Assembly: GCA_002414905.1 (NCBI GenBank)
Contig: DIAY01000022.1
Coordinates: 1 to 50,677, forward strand
Source of the DNA: Holophagales bacterium UBA5066
GTDB taxonomy: Bacteria > Acidobacteriota > Thermoanaerobaculia > UBA5066
DNA length: 50,677 bases
Direction of reading: 5' to 3'
The position numbers and the translations under genes are program-made. Below the pieces are notes generated by a model, which did not search any database, was not told the DNA's origin, and saw only the letters and a list, made by a program, of their open reading frames with translations. How positions within the stretch are numbered: position 1 is the first letter of the stretch; each line of letters begins with the position of its first letter. Shown piece after piece: positions 23,653-34,101 of this stretch.

Positions 23653-25455
23653 CTACCAGCCCTTCGGTACGCCCTTCGTCTGCTGGTCGAGCCACTTCTG
23701 GAGCGGCGCGAAGTAGTCGAGGATGGCGGTAGCGTCCATCTCGCGCTGACCGGTGACCGCCTCGAGGGCGTCGGGCCACGGCTTGCTCTGCCCCATCTCG
23801 AGCATCCTGATCAGCCTCGCACCCGCTTCCTTGTTGCCGTAGATCGAGCAGGTGTGGATCGGCGTCGTGCAGCCGGCCGTCTTCGCGAGGGCCCTGTGCA
23901 TCTGGAACTGGAGAACGCCGGCGAGGAAGTAGCGCGAGTAGGGAGTGCCCGACGCGATGTGGTATTTGGCCGCCGGGTCGAAATCGGCTTCCGTCCGGGC
24001 CATCGGCGGCGCGACACCCTGGTACTTCAGCTTCAGGTCCCACCATGCCTGGTTCCAGCGGGCCTCGGGGACCTCGCCCGAGAAGGCCTGCCAGCGCCAC
24101 TTGTCGATGAGGAGCCCGAAGGGGAGGAACGCGATCTTCTCGAGCGCCATGTTCAGGAGGTAGCCGACGTCCTTTCCGGGCGGCGGCGTCTTCGGGAGAA
24201 GCTCGAGCTTCACGAGGTACTCCGGCGTGAGCGAGAGGGCGACCGTGTCGCCGATCGCCTCGTGGAAGCCGTCGTTGGCACTGTCGCGGAAGAGGACGGG
24301 CTGGCGGTTGTAGGCCCGCTGGTAGAAGTTGTGCCCGAGCTCGTGGTGGACGGTGGCGAAGTCCTCCGCGTTGATGTCGATGCACATCTTCAGCCGCAGG
24401 TCGTCGACCCAGTCGATGCACCAGGCGCTCGCGTGGCAGACGACCTCGCGGTCGCGCGGGCGCGTGAAGAGGGAGCGCTCCCAGAACGTCTTCGGGAGCG
24501 GGTCGAACCCGAGCGAGGTGAAGAAACCCTCGCCGTAGCGAACCATCTGCCGCGCGTCGGTCTTCTTCTCCACGAGAATCTTCGTCAGGTCGTAGCCCGG
24601 GTCGGCGTCCTTCGGGGCGAGGAGCGGGTAGATGTTCCCCCACTGCTGGGCCCACATGTTTCCGAGAAGGTGCGCCGGGATCGGACCCTTCTCGGGAACG
24701 ACGTCCTGGCCGTAGGTCTCGCGCAGGCGCATCCGGACGTAGGCGTGGAGCGAAACGTAGAGAGGTTTCACCTGTTCCCAGAGACGGTCGAGCTCCTTCG
24801 CATAGGCGTCGGGGGGCATGTCGTACTTCGACCGCCACATGGCACCCATGTCGGCGAAGCCGAGCTCTTTCGCTCCCGCATTTCCGAGCTCGACGTAGCG
24901 GGCGTAGTCCTTCCGGAGCGGCGGGGCGATCGAATGCCAGCCGGCCCAGAGCGCGGCGAGCTCCTTCGGATCGCGGCTCGTCGCCATCCGGCGCGAGATC
25001 TCCTCGAGGTCGAGCGCCTCCCCGCCGGGACCCGTCCACTTGCCCCGCCCGTAAGCCGCCTCCATGCCGGCAGCGATGCGGGCGAGCTCCTCGCTCTTCT
25101 TCGGATCGGCGGGGGCAGCGAGCGTCAGCGAGAGCTTGAGGAGAGCGAGCTTGCGGGCGACGTCGCCGTCGAGGGCGAGGCCGTCGAAGCGGGTCGCCTC
25201 CTTGGCGAGGCCGGCGGCCAGCTCCATCCGGCGCTGACTCGCCTCGGCGGCGATCAGCTCGGTGTCCCCGGTGATGAAGTTCGACGCGACCCAGTTCGCC
25301 CGCTCCGCGGCGATCGAGGCCCCGAGGAGCTTCTCTTCCGCCTTCTCGACGAAGGTCTTCGCTTCGGCGGCGGTCGGGGCCTCGGCGCGCGAGGTCATCG
25401 GGGCGAACCCGACGGCGAGGGCGAGGAGGGAAAGGAGGAAGCGGGTTTTCTGCAT
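23653..25455 (-). CDS. Peptidase M2 family peptidyl-dipeptidase (angiotensin-converting-enzyme homologue), secreted
   Basis: Zinc motif HHELGHNFY with the downstream third ligand in FHEAIGDTVALS, as in ACE, plus CHASAWC and FLPFGLLIDKWRW blocks. Signal peptide MQKTRFLLSLLALAVGFAPMTSRA. Start taken as ATG 25455 (GGAGTG upstream); ATG 25482 is an alternative. Confidence 0.85.
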   Translation of the reverse strand: MQKTRFLLSLLALAVGFAPMTSRAEAPTAAEAKTFVEKAEEKLLGASIAAERANWVASNFITGDTELIAAEASQRRMELAAGLAKEATRFDGLALDGDVARKLALLKLSLTLAAPADPKKSEELARIAAGMEAAYGRGKWTGPGGEALDLEEISRRMATSRDPKELAALWAGWHSIAPPLRKDYARYVELGNAGAKELGFADMGAMWRSKYDMPPDAYAKELDRLWEQVKPLYVSLHAYVRMRLRETYGQDVVPEKGPIPAHLLGNMWAQQWGNIYPLLAPKDADPGYDLTKILVEKKTDARQMVRYGEGFFTSLGFDPLPKTFWERSLFTRPRDREVVCHASAWCIDWVDDLRLKMCIDINAEDFATVHHELGHNFYQRAYNRQPVLFRDSANDGFHEAIGDTVALSLTPEYLVKLELLPKTPPPGKDVGYLLNMALEKIAFLPFGLLIDKWRWQAFSGEVPEARWNQAWWDLKLKYQGVAPPMARTEADFDPAAKYHIASGTPYSRYFLAGVLQFQMHRALAKTAGCTTPIHTCSIYGNKEAGARLIRMLEMGQSKPWPDALEAVTGQREMDATAILDYFAPLQKWLDQQTKGVPKGW

Positions 25456-25541
25456 GAAGAGGTCACTCCGGCCGGGAATCATCCCACGCGCCTGGCCTCC
25501 TGCTAACGTTCCGGGGACTCTTCCCCTGGGGAGGCCTGCCG

Positions 25542-27458
25542 ATGCGTCTTCGTGCGTCCGTCCCGATCGCCGTTCTCGCGCTTCTCGCGCTGCAGGCCCC
25601 GGCGGGAGAGCCTCCGGCTCCCCTCGCGGCTTTCATCCGCGAGACCTACACGAAGTACGAGCAGCTCGTCCCGATGCGGGACGGGACGCGCCTCTTTACC
25701 GCCGTCTTCGTCCCGAAGGACGCGGGGCCCGCGAAGCTCTACCCGATCCTGATGATCCGGACGCCCTATTCCGTCGGGCACTACGGGGTCGACGCCTACC
25801 CCGATTCGCTCGGCCCGTCCGAGTCCGCGGCGCGGGAAAAGTTCATCTTCGCGCTCCAGGACGTCCGCGGCCGGAACCTCTCGGAGGGGACGTTCGTCGA
25901 CGTACGCCCGTTCGCCCCGAAGAAGGGGCCGAAGGAGTTCGACGAGTCGAGCGACGCCTTCGACACGGTCGACTGGCTCGTGAGGAATGTGGCCCACAAC
26001 AACGGCAAGGTCGGCGCCTGGGGGATCTCCTACCCCGGCTTCTACGCGGCGATGGCCGCCATCGACGCGCACCCCGCGCTCGTCGCCGTCTCGCCGCAGG
26101 CGCCGATCGCCGACTGGTTCGCGGGCGACGACTTCCACCACAACGGCGCGCTCTTCGTGGCGTCCGCCTTCAACTTCTACTCCTCGTTCGGCAAGCCCCG
26201 GCCGGAGCCGACGACGAAGAGGCCCGCGGGGTTCGACCACGGGACCCGGGATGGCTACCGCTTCTTCCTCGACGCGGGCCCCCTGAAGAACCTCGGGACG
26301 CACATGAAGGACGTCCTCTTCTGGAACGATCTGATGGCGCACGAAACGTACGACGAGTTCTGGAAGGTGCGGAACACGCGGCCGCACCTGAAGGGGATCC
26401 GTCCGGCGATGCTGACGGTCGGGGGCTGGTATGACGCCGAGGACCTCTTCGGCAGCCTCGAGACCTACAAGGCGATCGAGCGGCAGAACCCGGGCGCCAG
26501 CAACCGCCTCGTCATGGGCCCGTGGTGGCACGGAGGCTGGGCCCGGAGCGAGGGGGAGACCCACGGGCATGTCTCTTTCGGCCAGAAGACTTCCCTCCGC
26601 TACCGGGAGGAGATCGAGCTCCCGTTCTTCCGCCACTACCTGAAGGGGGCCGAAGATCCGAATCTCCCCGAGGCGACGGTCTTCGAGACCGGGCGAAACC
26701 GCTGGCGCGCCTTCGACGCCTGGCCGCCGAAGGGAACCAGGCCGGTGCCCTACATCCTGGGTGCGGAAGGGCGGCTCTCGACCGACGCCCCGACGGCCGG
26801 AAGCACGGCCGTCGCCGAGTGGGTGAGCGACCCGGCGAAGCCGGTGCCGTACCTCGAGCCGATCGACATCGGCATGAACGCCGACTACATGACGGCCGAC
26901 CAGCGCTTCGCCGCGCGGCGGCCGGACGTCGCCGTCTGGCAGACGCCTCCGCTCGAGGGAGATCTCACCGTGGCCGGCCCGATCTGGGTCCACCTCTCGG
27001 TCTCGACGACGGGGACGGACGCCGACTGGGTCGTGAAGCTGATCGACGTGTGGCCCGACGACGTCCCGGTGGAGGCCTGGGAGTGGACTCCTCGAAACAC
27101 GTGGGACGCGAAACCGACCCGCTCCAAGCTGGGAGGAAACCAGCAGCTCGTGAGGGGCGAGCCGTTCCGCGGCCGGTTCCGCAGGAGCTTCGAGGCGCCC
27201 GAGCCGTTCACGCCGGGGAAGGTGGAGCCGATCGCCTTCACGATGCCCGACATCCTCCACACGTTCCGGCGAGGACACCGGGTCATGGTCCAGGTGCAGA
27301 GCAGCTGGTTCCCGCTCGTCGACCGAAACCCCCAGACGTTCGTGAAGATCAACGAGGCGAAGGAGAGCGACTTCCACCCGGCCACGCAGCGCATCCACCA
27401 GGGGACCGCGTCTCCTTCGCGCGTCGTCCTGCCGATCCTCCCGGACGAGCGGCCGTAG
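25542..27458 (+). CDS. CocE/NonD family (S15, X-Pro dipeptidyl-peptidase-like) hydrolase, secreted
   Basis: 638 aa with signal peptide MRLRASVPIAVLALLALQAPA. Motifs: RTPY, nucleophile GISYPGFY, and a C-terminal jelly-roll block (FRRGHRVMVQVQSSWFPLVDRNPQ). GGGGAGG SD upstream. Confidence 0.85.
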   Translation: MRLRASVPIAVLALLALQAPAGEPPAPLAAFIRETYTKYEQLVPMRDGTRLFTAVFVPKDAGPAKLYPILMIRTPYSVGHYGVDAYPDSLGPSESAAREKFIFALQDVRGRNLSEGTFVDVRPFAPKKGPKEFDESSDAFDTVDWLVRNVAHNNGKVGAWGISYPGFYAAMAAIDAHPALVAVSPQAPIADWFAGDDFHHNGALFVASAFNFYSSFGKPRPEPTTKRPAGFDHGTRDGYRFFLDAGPLKNLGTHMKDVLFWNDLMAHETYDEFWKVRNTRPHLKGIRPAMLTVGGWYDAEDLFGSLETYKAIERQNPGASNRLVMGPWWHGGWARSEGETHGHVSFGQKTSLRYREEIELPFFRHYLKGAEDPNLPEATVFETGRNRWRAFDAWPPKGTRPVPYILGAEGRLSTDAPTAGSTAVAEWVSDPAKPVPYLEPIDIGMNADYMTADQRFAARRPDVAVWQTPPLEGDLTVAGPIWVHLSVSTTGTDADWVVKLIDVWPDDVPVEAWEWTPRNTWDAKPTRSKLGGNQQLVRGEPFRGRFRRSFEAPEPFTPGKVEPIAFTMPDILHTFRRGHRVMVQVQSSWFPLVDRNPQTFVKINEAKESDFHPATQRIHQGTASPSRVVLPILPDERP

Positions 27459-27468
27459 GACGCCGAAC

Positions 27469-29181
27469 GTGAGGCTCACGCCCCGGACCGAGGCGGCCCT
27501 CGTCGTCCTCGCAGCGCTCGTCGCCGGCCTGCCGCTCCTGGCGGGCCGGGTCCTCGGCGGGCACGACGTGGCGACGTACCTGATGTACGCGCCGGAGGTC
27601 GCCGGCCTTTTGCGTGAAGGGACGTTCCTGCCGGCCTGGGCCGCGGACCTGAACGCGGGATTCGGAGGCCCGGGCCTCCTCTTCTACCCGCCGCTCGTGA
27701 ACCTCCCTCACGCGCTCCTCCTCCTTGCGGGGATCCCGCCCGCCGTCGGGACGGGGCTCTTCGCCGTGGTGGTCCTGGCCGCTTCAGGTCTCGCCGTCCT
27801 CGCCTGGATGCGCTCGTGGGGCCTCGCGGAAAGCGCCCTTGCCGCGGCGCTGGTCTACGTCGTCTCGCCCTACCGGCTCGTCGACCTCTACGAGCGAACC
27901 GCGCTCTCCGAGCACCTCGCCTTCCTCTTCCCGCCCCTCGTCCTCGCCGCCCTCGCCGCCTCCCGGCCCGCCTCTCCCCTTCGCCGCACGGCCCTCGTCG
28001 CCCTCGCGGTCGCAGGGCTCCTGCTGTCGAACCTCCCCGCCGCCGTCCTCATGGGTGCCGCGCTCGCTGCCGTCGTCCTTCACCCGTCCGCCGGGAAGGG
28101 ACGCCGGGCCGTCGCGATCCGGGGCGCCTTCCTCGGCGCCGGCCTCGCCGCCTTCGCGCTCGTCCCGGCGGCCCTCTCCGGCCGCTGGTGCGTGACCGAG
28201 CTCTTCTACTCGGGCGGTTCCCGCTACTTCCGCCCCTCGCAGCACGTCCTCTTCGGCCCGGCTGAGCTGAACCCCGAATTCGGACAGCGGGTCTCCTGGG
28301 CTGTCGTCGCGCTCGCGGCGCTCCTCGCGGTCGCGTACGTCACCGGCCGGTTCCGGGGCCCCTCCGACGCGCGCCGGGGACTCTGGGGCGCCGTAGCTCT
28401 CGTGGCGTTCCTCGCGCTCCTGCCGCCCGCCGGCCGCGCCTGGGACGTCCTGCCGATTTTCTCGAAGCTCCAGTTCCCGTGGCGGCTGGCGACCGTCCTG
28501 ACGCTCGCGCTGCCGCCTCTGGTGGCGCTCTTGCCGAAGCGTACGGCGTTCGCAGTCGCCGCGGTGGCGGTGATGATGTCGGTGCCGTGGTACGGACGGT
28601 TCACCGCGTCGATCCAGACCGTCCCCGCTGAGGCTCCCGCCGCGGCAGCGTCCGGCACCGCTTTCCCGGACCCGCAGGCCGTATACGACGCCGCGGGTTT
28701 CTCGTCCCATCCCTGGGCGCGCAACCCCGCGCTGCTCGACGTCTGGTTCGTCCCGCGCACGGTGCCCCCTGCGTTCTGGCACGAGCTGGTCGGGGGTGGC
28801 GCACCCTCGTCCGCTCCGTCCCTGCGCAACGCGCCCGTGGCCTCCCGAACGGGTCCGGTACAGTGGGAGGTCACGAGCTGGAAGCGGCTTTCGAAGGGAG
28901 CGACGGTCGAGGGCCCGGGCGGCGCTCTCCTGATTCGCCAGCTCTACTTTCCGGGTTTCCGGGTCACCGTCGACGGTGAGGAGCGAACGACCCGTCCCGA
29001 CCCGCCCACAGGCCTCCTGTCTGTCCAGGTCCCCGCAGGTCGACACGACGTCTCGTGGAGCTGGGCGCCCTTCGGACCTCTTCCCGCCGCCAGAGCCGTC
29101 TCGGCCGTCTCCGCCGCGGCCGTCCTCGTCCTCCTCGTCCTTCCAGCGTTCCGCAGGTGGCGGCCGGCTCCGGGACGCTGA
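27469..29181 (+). CDS. Large polytopic membrane protein, PTPS-related/YfhO-like putative GT-C glycosyltransferase
   Basis: GTG start, 570 aa. The N-terminal GHDVATYLMYAPEVAGLLREGTFLPAWAADLNAGFGGPGLLFYPPL pattern recalls the membrane '6-pyruvoyl-tetrahydropterin synthase-related' family. About 10 or more TM segments, then a soluble C-terminal domain and a final TM. Confidence 0.6.
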   Translation: MRLTPRTEAALVVLAALVAGLPLLAGRVLGGHDVATYLMYAPEVAGLLREGTFLPAWAADLNAGFGGPGLLFYPPLVNLPHALLLLAGIPPAVGTGLFAVVVLAASGLAVLAWMRSWGLAESALAAALVYVVSPYRLVDLYERTALSEHLAFLFPPLVLAALAASRPASPLRRTALVALAVAGLLLSNLPAAVLMGAALAAVVLHPSAGKGRRAVAIRGAFLGAGLAAFALVPAALSGRWCVTELFYSGGSRYFRPSQHVLFGPAELNPEFGQRVSWAVVALAALLAVAYVTGRFRGPSDARRGLWGAVALVAFLALLPPAGRAWDVLPIFSKLQFPWRLATVLTLALPPLVALLPKRTAFAVAAVAVMMSVPWYGRFTASIQTVPAEAPAAAASGTAFPDPQAVYDAAGFSSHPWARNPALLDVWFVPRTVPPAFWHELVGGGAPSSAPSLRNAPVASRTGPVQWEVTSWKRLSKGATVEGPGGALLIRQLYFPGFRVTVDGEERTTRPDPPTGLLSVQVPAGRHDVSWSWAPFGPLPAARAVSAVSAAAVLVLLVLPAFRRWRPAPGR

Positions 29182-29191
29182 GGCCGCCGGG

Positions 29192-30988
29192 TCAGCCCGG
29201 CAGCTCCCAGATGGTGATCGAGCCGCCGACGAACGCGATCCGGCGCCCTCGCGCCTTCAGCGTCCGGACCAGCTCTTCCACCTGCCGGGCTGCCGCCTCG
29301 CCTTCGATCCCCTTCGTGAACGGGTAGCCGAGGGTCTCCATCACGTGCGACACGGCGTATCGCCCCGGGCCAAACGGCTTGTCCGGGTCGAGCAGCCGGC
29401 ACGAACGCGAGTAATAGTTCGTCGCCACGCCACCGTACGCCACGATGGTCGTCGTCCCTTCCCAGCCGCGAGTCTCGAGGAATCGGTGCAGGCGGAGAAG
29501 GTCCTGACCCCAGTCGACGTTCGAGTCGGAGAACCAGTGCCGCCCTCCGTCCGGTCCCCCCGCGAGGAAGTTGAAGTAGGCGATCGGCGAGGTCCGCGAT
29601 CGAGCGAGCGAGAGGCCCGACGACGCCACGAGGAGGAGGACGAGCACGCCGAAGAGGCGCGGGCGGGCCGAGAACGCGCGGCCGGCAACCACGGCGGCGG
29701 CAAACACGAGCAACGCCCAGACCGGGAGGAGGTGGCGCGCTCCGATGTTGAATGCCGAGCGAACCGACAGGAGGAAGTAGGCGGCGGAGACGAGAAGGGG
29801 AACGAGGACGGCGAGCAGCGTGCGGCCCGCCGGCCCCTCGCCCCCTCGCCGCGGCCACAGCCGCCGGACGCCGGCGACCAGCGCGAAAGCCAGAAGCGCG
29901 AGGAACGCAGGTGTCGACTTGAGGAGGAAGGCGGCCGGGAAGTAGAGCGGGAAGGCGCGTTCGGAGAGCTCCCCACGGAACCAGTTCGCCCCGCGCCCCC
30001 GTTCGCTGAGGAGGGCGACGCCCTTCAGGCCGGCGAGGTACTGACCGACGGGCGGAGAGAGACGCACGAGCCGGACGTAGTCCTCCATCTCGTCCGGTCG
30101 CGCCTGGCGGCCGCCCAGGTACGCCCGGACGGACGCCTCAATGGATTCCTGTGGCATCCGGCGGAGCGTGAACGCGTAAACGCCGTACACGACGGTCGCG
30201 GCGACCGCGAGCGCCGCCAGCGCACCGACGAGCCGGTCGCGCGTGACGCCCCTCGCGGGCCGGTGGGTCTCTGAGCGGGCTCCGGGCAAGAGGAGCGGAA
30301 GGAACGGCGCCACGAGAACGAGCGGCACGAGAAGGACCGTCGAGAACTTCGTGACGAGTGCCAGCCCGAGCGCAAGACCGAGCAGGAGCCAGCGGTCGAG
30401 GGAGACGCCTCCGGCCGCGCGAAGCGCCAGGAGCGTCACGGCGAGGAAGGCGAGTGCCGCACCGACGTCGGTGTGAACGTAGGCCGCATGGGCGACGAAG
30501 CCCGGGTCCAGGGTCACGAGGCCTGCGGCCAGAAGGCCGGCCGCGGGGCCGGCAACCTTTCTCACGCCGAGGAAGAGCACGACGGCGAGCGCCGCGAGGA
30601 TCCACGGGAAAGGCCGGCGGCCGGCCGACACGATCACGTCCGCGGGAGCGGCGTTCCCGTACAGCCACTTCAGGTACCCGTTAAAAGGGGTCGACGTGCA
30701 CGGAAGGATCCGGCACGGGGTGAGCAGCCCGAGCGGCCGGAGTGCGAGGGCGCCCGCGAGCTTCAGAAGGGGCGGGTGCTCGGGGTTCAGCCAACCCGAG
30801 CCGTCCTCCAGCGCTTCCACGCCCGAAAAGAGGTGGATCCCCTCGTCGAAGGTTGGAGAGTCGTCCCTCTGGTGCCACCGGACGGCAGCCATCGAGACCG
30901 CCAGAAGGCCAACGAGGAGCAGACCCTCGACCGCCAGTTTCGCGGCGCTGCCACGACCCCGGCCGGACGGGGTCAGGGAGGCGTCCAC
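29192..30988 (-). CDS. GT39/ArnT-like polyprenol-phosphate-dependent glycosyltransferase
   Basis: Start set to GTG 30988, which overlaps the upstream gene by 16 nt; the track ORF extends to 31786 in a shadow frame. The first loop, FDEGIHLFSGVEAL...NPEHPPLLKLAGALAL, is typical of PMT/ArnT-type GT-C enzymes. Many TM segments are followed by a soluble C-terminal domain. Confidence 0.75.
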   Translation of the reverse strand: MDASLTPSGRGRGSAAKLAVEGLLLVGLLAVSMAAVRWHQRDDSPTFDEGIHLFSGVEALEDGSGWLNPEHPPLLKLAGALALRPLGLLTPCRILPCTSTPFNGYLKWLYGNAAPADVIVSAGRRPFPWILAALAVVLFLGVRKVAGPAAGLLAAGLVTLDPGFVAHAAYVHTDVGAALAFLAVTLLALRAAGGVSLDRWLLLGLALGLALVTKFSTVLLVPLVLVAPFLPLLLPGARSETHRPARGVTRDRLVGALAALAVAATVVYGVYAFTLRRMPQESIEASVRAYLGGRQARPDEMEDYVRLVRLSPPVGQYLAGLKGVALLSERGRGANWFRGELSERAFPLYFPAAFLLKSTPAFLALLAFALVAGVRRLWPRRGGEGPAGRTLLAVLVPLLVSAAYFLLSVRSAFNIGARHLLPVWALLVFAAAVVAGRAFSARPRLFGVLVLLLVASSGLSLARSRTSPIAYFNFLAGGPDGGRHWFSDSNVDWGQDLLRLHRFLETRGWEGTTTIVAYGGVATNYYSRSCRLLDPDKPFGPGRYAVSHVMETLGYPFTKGIEGEAAARQVEELVRTLKARGRRIAFVGGSITIWELPG

Positions 30989-32085
30989 TCGCCGAGGAGG
31001 CCGAGCTGGGCGAGGGCCAGCTTCCAGTAGGCCGGCATGACGCCATTGAGCGGAATGGCACCCCAGCAGTAGACGAACCCCATCACCACGGGGATGGCGA
31101 AGAGCCACTTGGCCTCGCGCGTCTCCCAGATGTCGTGGAAGCCGACGACGAGCGCGAAGGGGGCCATGACGAGCCAGTAGCGCGGCCACTCCTCGGTGGA
31201 GATGTTGATGTGGAGGAGGAACTGGAGCACCGAGTAGACGAAGACCGTCTCGAACTTCCGGATGCGCGAGATCCCGATGCCGTAGACGAAGGCGAGGAGG
31301 ATGAAGTACTCGACCTGGTGGTAAAGGCCCAGCTCGAAGAGGTGGGGCATGAAGCCGAACGGGCGGAAGGAGCCCGCCTTGTCTCCATGTCCCGCCAGGT
31401 ACTGGAAGAAGTTCCCGGTCTGGCTCCAGCAGAAAAGGAAGTAGCCGGAGAGGGCGGCCGGCGGCAGGAGGAGCCAGGGGAGGGACCGCCACTGGCGGCG
31501 CTGGAGAAGGATCAGGCCGAAGGCGACCGCGACGAGGATGCCCGGAATCCTCGTGATCGTCGCGAGCGTCGCCAGGAGAGACGCCCAACCGACCTTGTTC
31601 CTCTCGAACAGCAGGATCGCCGCGAGCGTGAAGAGAAGGTACGGGGCCTCCGTCGAGCCCGTGCTCCGGAAGTAGAGCCAGCGCGGCGGGAAGAAGAGGA
31701 AGACGGACGCCAGGAAGAGGGGTTGCGGCAGGAGCCAGGTGTCCCTGCAGAGCCGGAAAAAGAGGATCGCCGCGCCGGCGCTGCACAGCATCGAAACGAG
31801 GAGCATCGAGTGCTGATAGCCGACGAAGGAGAAGAGGCGGATCAGCGCCGGGTACCCGGGGAGATGTACGAGGTAGTAGGACTTGACGTAGACGTAGCCG
31901 AGGAGCGCGTAGCCGTCCGGGATGTCGTAGCCGGTCTTCGCTATCGTCAGGTAGTTCGGGCCGTCCCAGGCCCGGTAGACGGTCCCCATCCCGTTCCAGA
32001 ACGGCAGATAGACGAGGAGCGAGCCCCCCACGGTCAGAAGGACGAGGAGGATCTCGGCGCGGTAGCGCTGGAGGAGAGCCTTCAT
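30973..32085 (-). CDS. Polytopic membrane mannosyltransferase-like protein (PIG-V/GT-C-like)
   Basis: 370 aa with about 9-10 TM segments. The early loop YRAWDGPNYLTIAKTGYD resembles the WD..-YL.IA..GY motif of PIG-V-type mannosyltransferase family proteins. Confidence 0.6.
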   Translation of the reverse strand: MKALLQRYRAEILLVLLTVGGSLLVYLPFWNGMGTVYRAWDGPNYLTIAKTGYDIPDGYALLGYVYVKSYYLVHLPGYPALIRLFSFVGYQHSMLLVSMLCSAGAAILFFRLCRDTWLLPQPLFLASVFLFFPPRWLYFRSTGSTEAPYLLFTLAAILLFERNKVGWASLLATLATITRIPGILVAVAFGLILLQRRQWRSLPWLLLPPAALSGYFLFCWSQTGNFFQYLAGHGDKAGSFRPFGFMPHLFELGLYHQVEYFILLAFVYGIGISRIRKFETVFVYSVLQFLLHINISTEEWPRYWLVMAPFALVVGFHDIWETREAKWLFAIPVVMGFVYCWGAIPLNGVMPAYWKLALAQLGLLGEWTPP

Positions 32086-32169
32086 GCGGGTCGTACCGGA
32101 GATTCTAGGCGCTCACCGTGGGGCCGGCCTTCGTGTACTCCAACCCGGACCCCCACCAGGTTCCTGCAC

Positions 32170-34089
32170 TCACACGTCCAGCGAGTCCGCCTCGCGCGCC
32201 CGCTCGGTGATGAACCTGTAGCGGGCGCTCGGGTCCTTGCCCATCAGATCGGCGAAGGTCCGCTCGGCATCGAGGACATCGGGAACGGTGACTTTCAGCG
32301 CGCGCCGGCGGCGCGGGTCGAGAGTCGTCGCCTTCAGCTGCTCGGGCATCATCTCGCCGAGGCCTTTGAAACGCATGACGTCGGGCTTCACGTTCTTCGG
32401 GAGCTTCGCGAAAATTGCGTCGCGCTCGTGCTCGTCGAGCGCCCAGTAGGTCTCCTTCCCGGCGTCGATCCGGTAGAGGGGAGGCTGGGCGAGATAGACG
32501 TGCCCTTCGAGGACGAGCTTCGGCAGGTGCCTCCAGAAGAAGGTCAGGAGGAGCGTCGAGATGTGGTGGCCGTCGGCGTCGGCGTCCATCAGGAGGAAGA
32601 CCTTGCCGTAGCGGAGCTTGCCGATGTCGAAGTCGGCCCCGCTGCCGCAGCCCAGAGCCGAGACGATGTCGGTCAGCTCCTTGTTCCCCGCCACCTTCGC
32701 CGAGTTCGCCTGCTCGGCGTTCAGGACCTTGCCGCGGAGCGGCAGGATCGCCTGGGTATGCCGGTCGCGCCCCTGCTTGGCCGAGCCTCCCGCCGAGTCC
32801 CCTTCGACGATGAAGAGCTCCGACTCGGCCGGGTCGGTCGAGGCGCAGTCGGCGAGCTTCCCGGGCAGGTTCAGGCGGTGGGAGATGGCCGTCTTGCGCG
32901 TGACCTGCTGCGCGGCGGCTCGCGAGGCCTCGCGCGCCCGCGTCGAAAGGACGATCCGCGAGGCGATCTGCTCGGCGACGGAGGGGTTCTCGTTGAGCCA
33001 GTTCTCGAGCGCGGGGCGCACCGCGCCGTCGACCTGAGAGGCGACCTCGGGGTTGTTGAGCCGCTCCTTCGTCTGCCCCTGGAACTGGGGCTCGAGGACG
33101 TAGACGGAGAGGAGCGCCACCAACCCCTCCCGGATGTCCTCCGCCGTGGGGGTGACACCTTTCGGGAGAAGCGCGTGTGTGGCGAGGTGGTTCCTCACGG
33201 CCTTGGCGAGGCCCGTCTTCAGGCCGTTCTCGTGCGTCCCGCCCGAGGAGGTCGGTATCCCGTTGACCCAGGAGCGGAGGTGTTCGTCGGTCGACTCGGT
33301 CCACTGGAGGGAGAGCTCCAGACGCGGGTCGGCGTCGCGGACGGTCGAAAAGCCGTTGACGTGGATGGGTGCCTTTCCCCGTTCCGCGACGACCTTCAGG
33401 AGGTAGTCGGCGAGGCCGCCGTCATGGGCGAACTCGTCGCGAACGACAGGCTTCTTCGTTTCGTCGATGAAAACGACGCGCAGGCCGCGGTGGAGGTAGG
33501 TCTTCGCTTCGAGCCGGTCGCGGATCTCGCCGGCATCGAACGAGAGCTTCCCGAAAATCTCGGCGTCGGGCCGGAAACGGACGGTCGTCCCGCTGCCGCG
33601 GACCTTCTCGGTCGAGACCTTCGTCAGCTTCGAGGTCGCCTTCCCCTGCCCGTACGTCTGCCGCCACTCGTTTCCGTCGCGGCGGACGTGGACCGTCATC
33701 TCCGACGAGAGCCCGCAGACGACCGACGACCCGACACCGTGGAGACCGCCCGAGTGGACGTAGTTGCCCTGCTCGAACTTGCCGCCGGCGTGGAGCGTCG
33801 TCAGGATCAGCTCCAGCGCGGGCTTCTTGTACTTCGGGTGGATGTCGACCGGGATTCCGCGGCCGTTGTCCGAGATTTCGACCTCGCGCCCGTCCGGAAA
33901 AAGGCGGACCTCAATGCGCGTCGCGTAGCCGTTGATCACCTCGTCGACGGCGTTATCGACGATCTCCCAGACGAGGTGGTGAAGCCCCCGCGAATCGACC
34001 CCGCCGATATACATGCCGGGGCGCTTTCGAACCGGTTCGAGCCCCTCGAGGACGGTGATGTCGGCGGCGGTGTAGTTGGTGGAGGCCAT
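32170..34089 (-). CDS. Type IIA topoisomerase subunit B (GyrB/ParE family)
   Basis: 639 aa. Motifs: [90 protein letters not shown]. No A-subunit gene is in the window, so GyrB cannot be told from ParE here. Confidence 0.9.
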   Translation of the reverse strand: MASTNYTAADITVLEGLEPVRKRPGMYIGGVDSRGLHHLVWEIVDNAVDEVINGYATRIEVRLFPDGREVEISDNGRGIPVDIHPKYKKPALELILTTLHAGGKFEQGNYVHSGGLHGVGSSVVCGLSSEMTVHVRRDGNEWRQTYGQGKATSKLTKVSTEKVRGSGTTVRFRPDAEIFGKLSFDAGEIRDRLEAKTYLHRGLRVVFIDETKKPVVRDEFAHDGGLADYLLKVVAERGKAPIHVNGFSTVRDADPRLELSLQWTESTDEHLRSWVNGIPTSSGGTHENGLKTGLAKAVRNHLATHALLPKGVTPTAEDIREGLVALLSVYVLEPQFQGQTKERLNNPEVASQVDGAVRPALENWLNENPSVAEQIASRIVLSTRAREASRAAAQQVTRKTAISHRLNLPGKLADCASTDPAESELFIVEGDSAGGSAKQGRDRHTQAILPLRGKVLNAEQANSAKVAGNKELTDIVSALGCGSGADFDIGKLRYGKVFLLMDADADGHHISTLLLTFFWRHLPKLVLEGHVYLAQPPLYRIDAGKETYWALDEHERDAIFAKLPKNVKPDVMRFKGLGEMMPEQLKATTLDPRRRRALKVTVPDVLDAERTFADLMGKDPSARYRFITERAREADSLDV

Positions 34090-34101
34090 CGCGAGCCGTC
34101 A

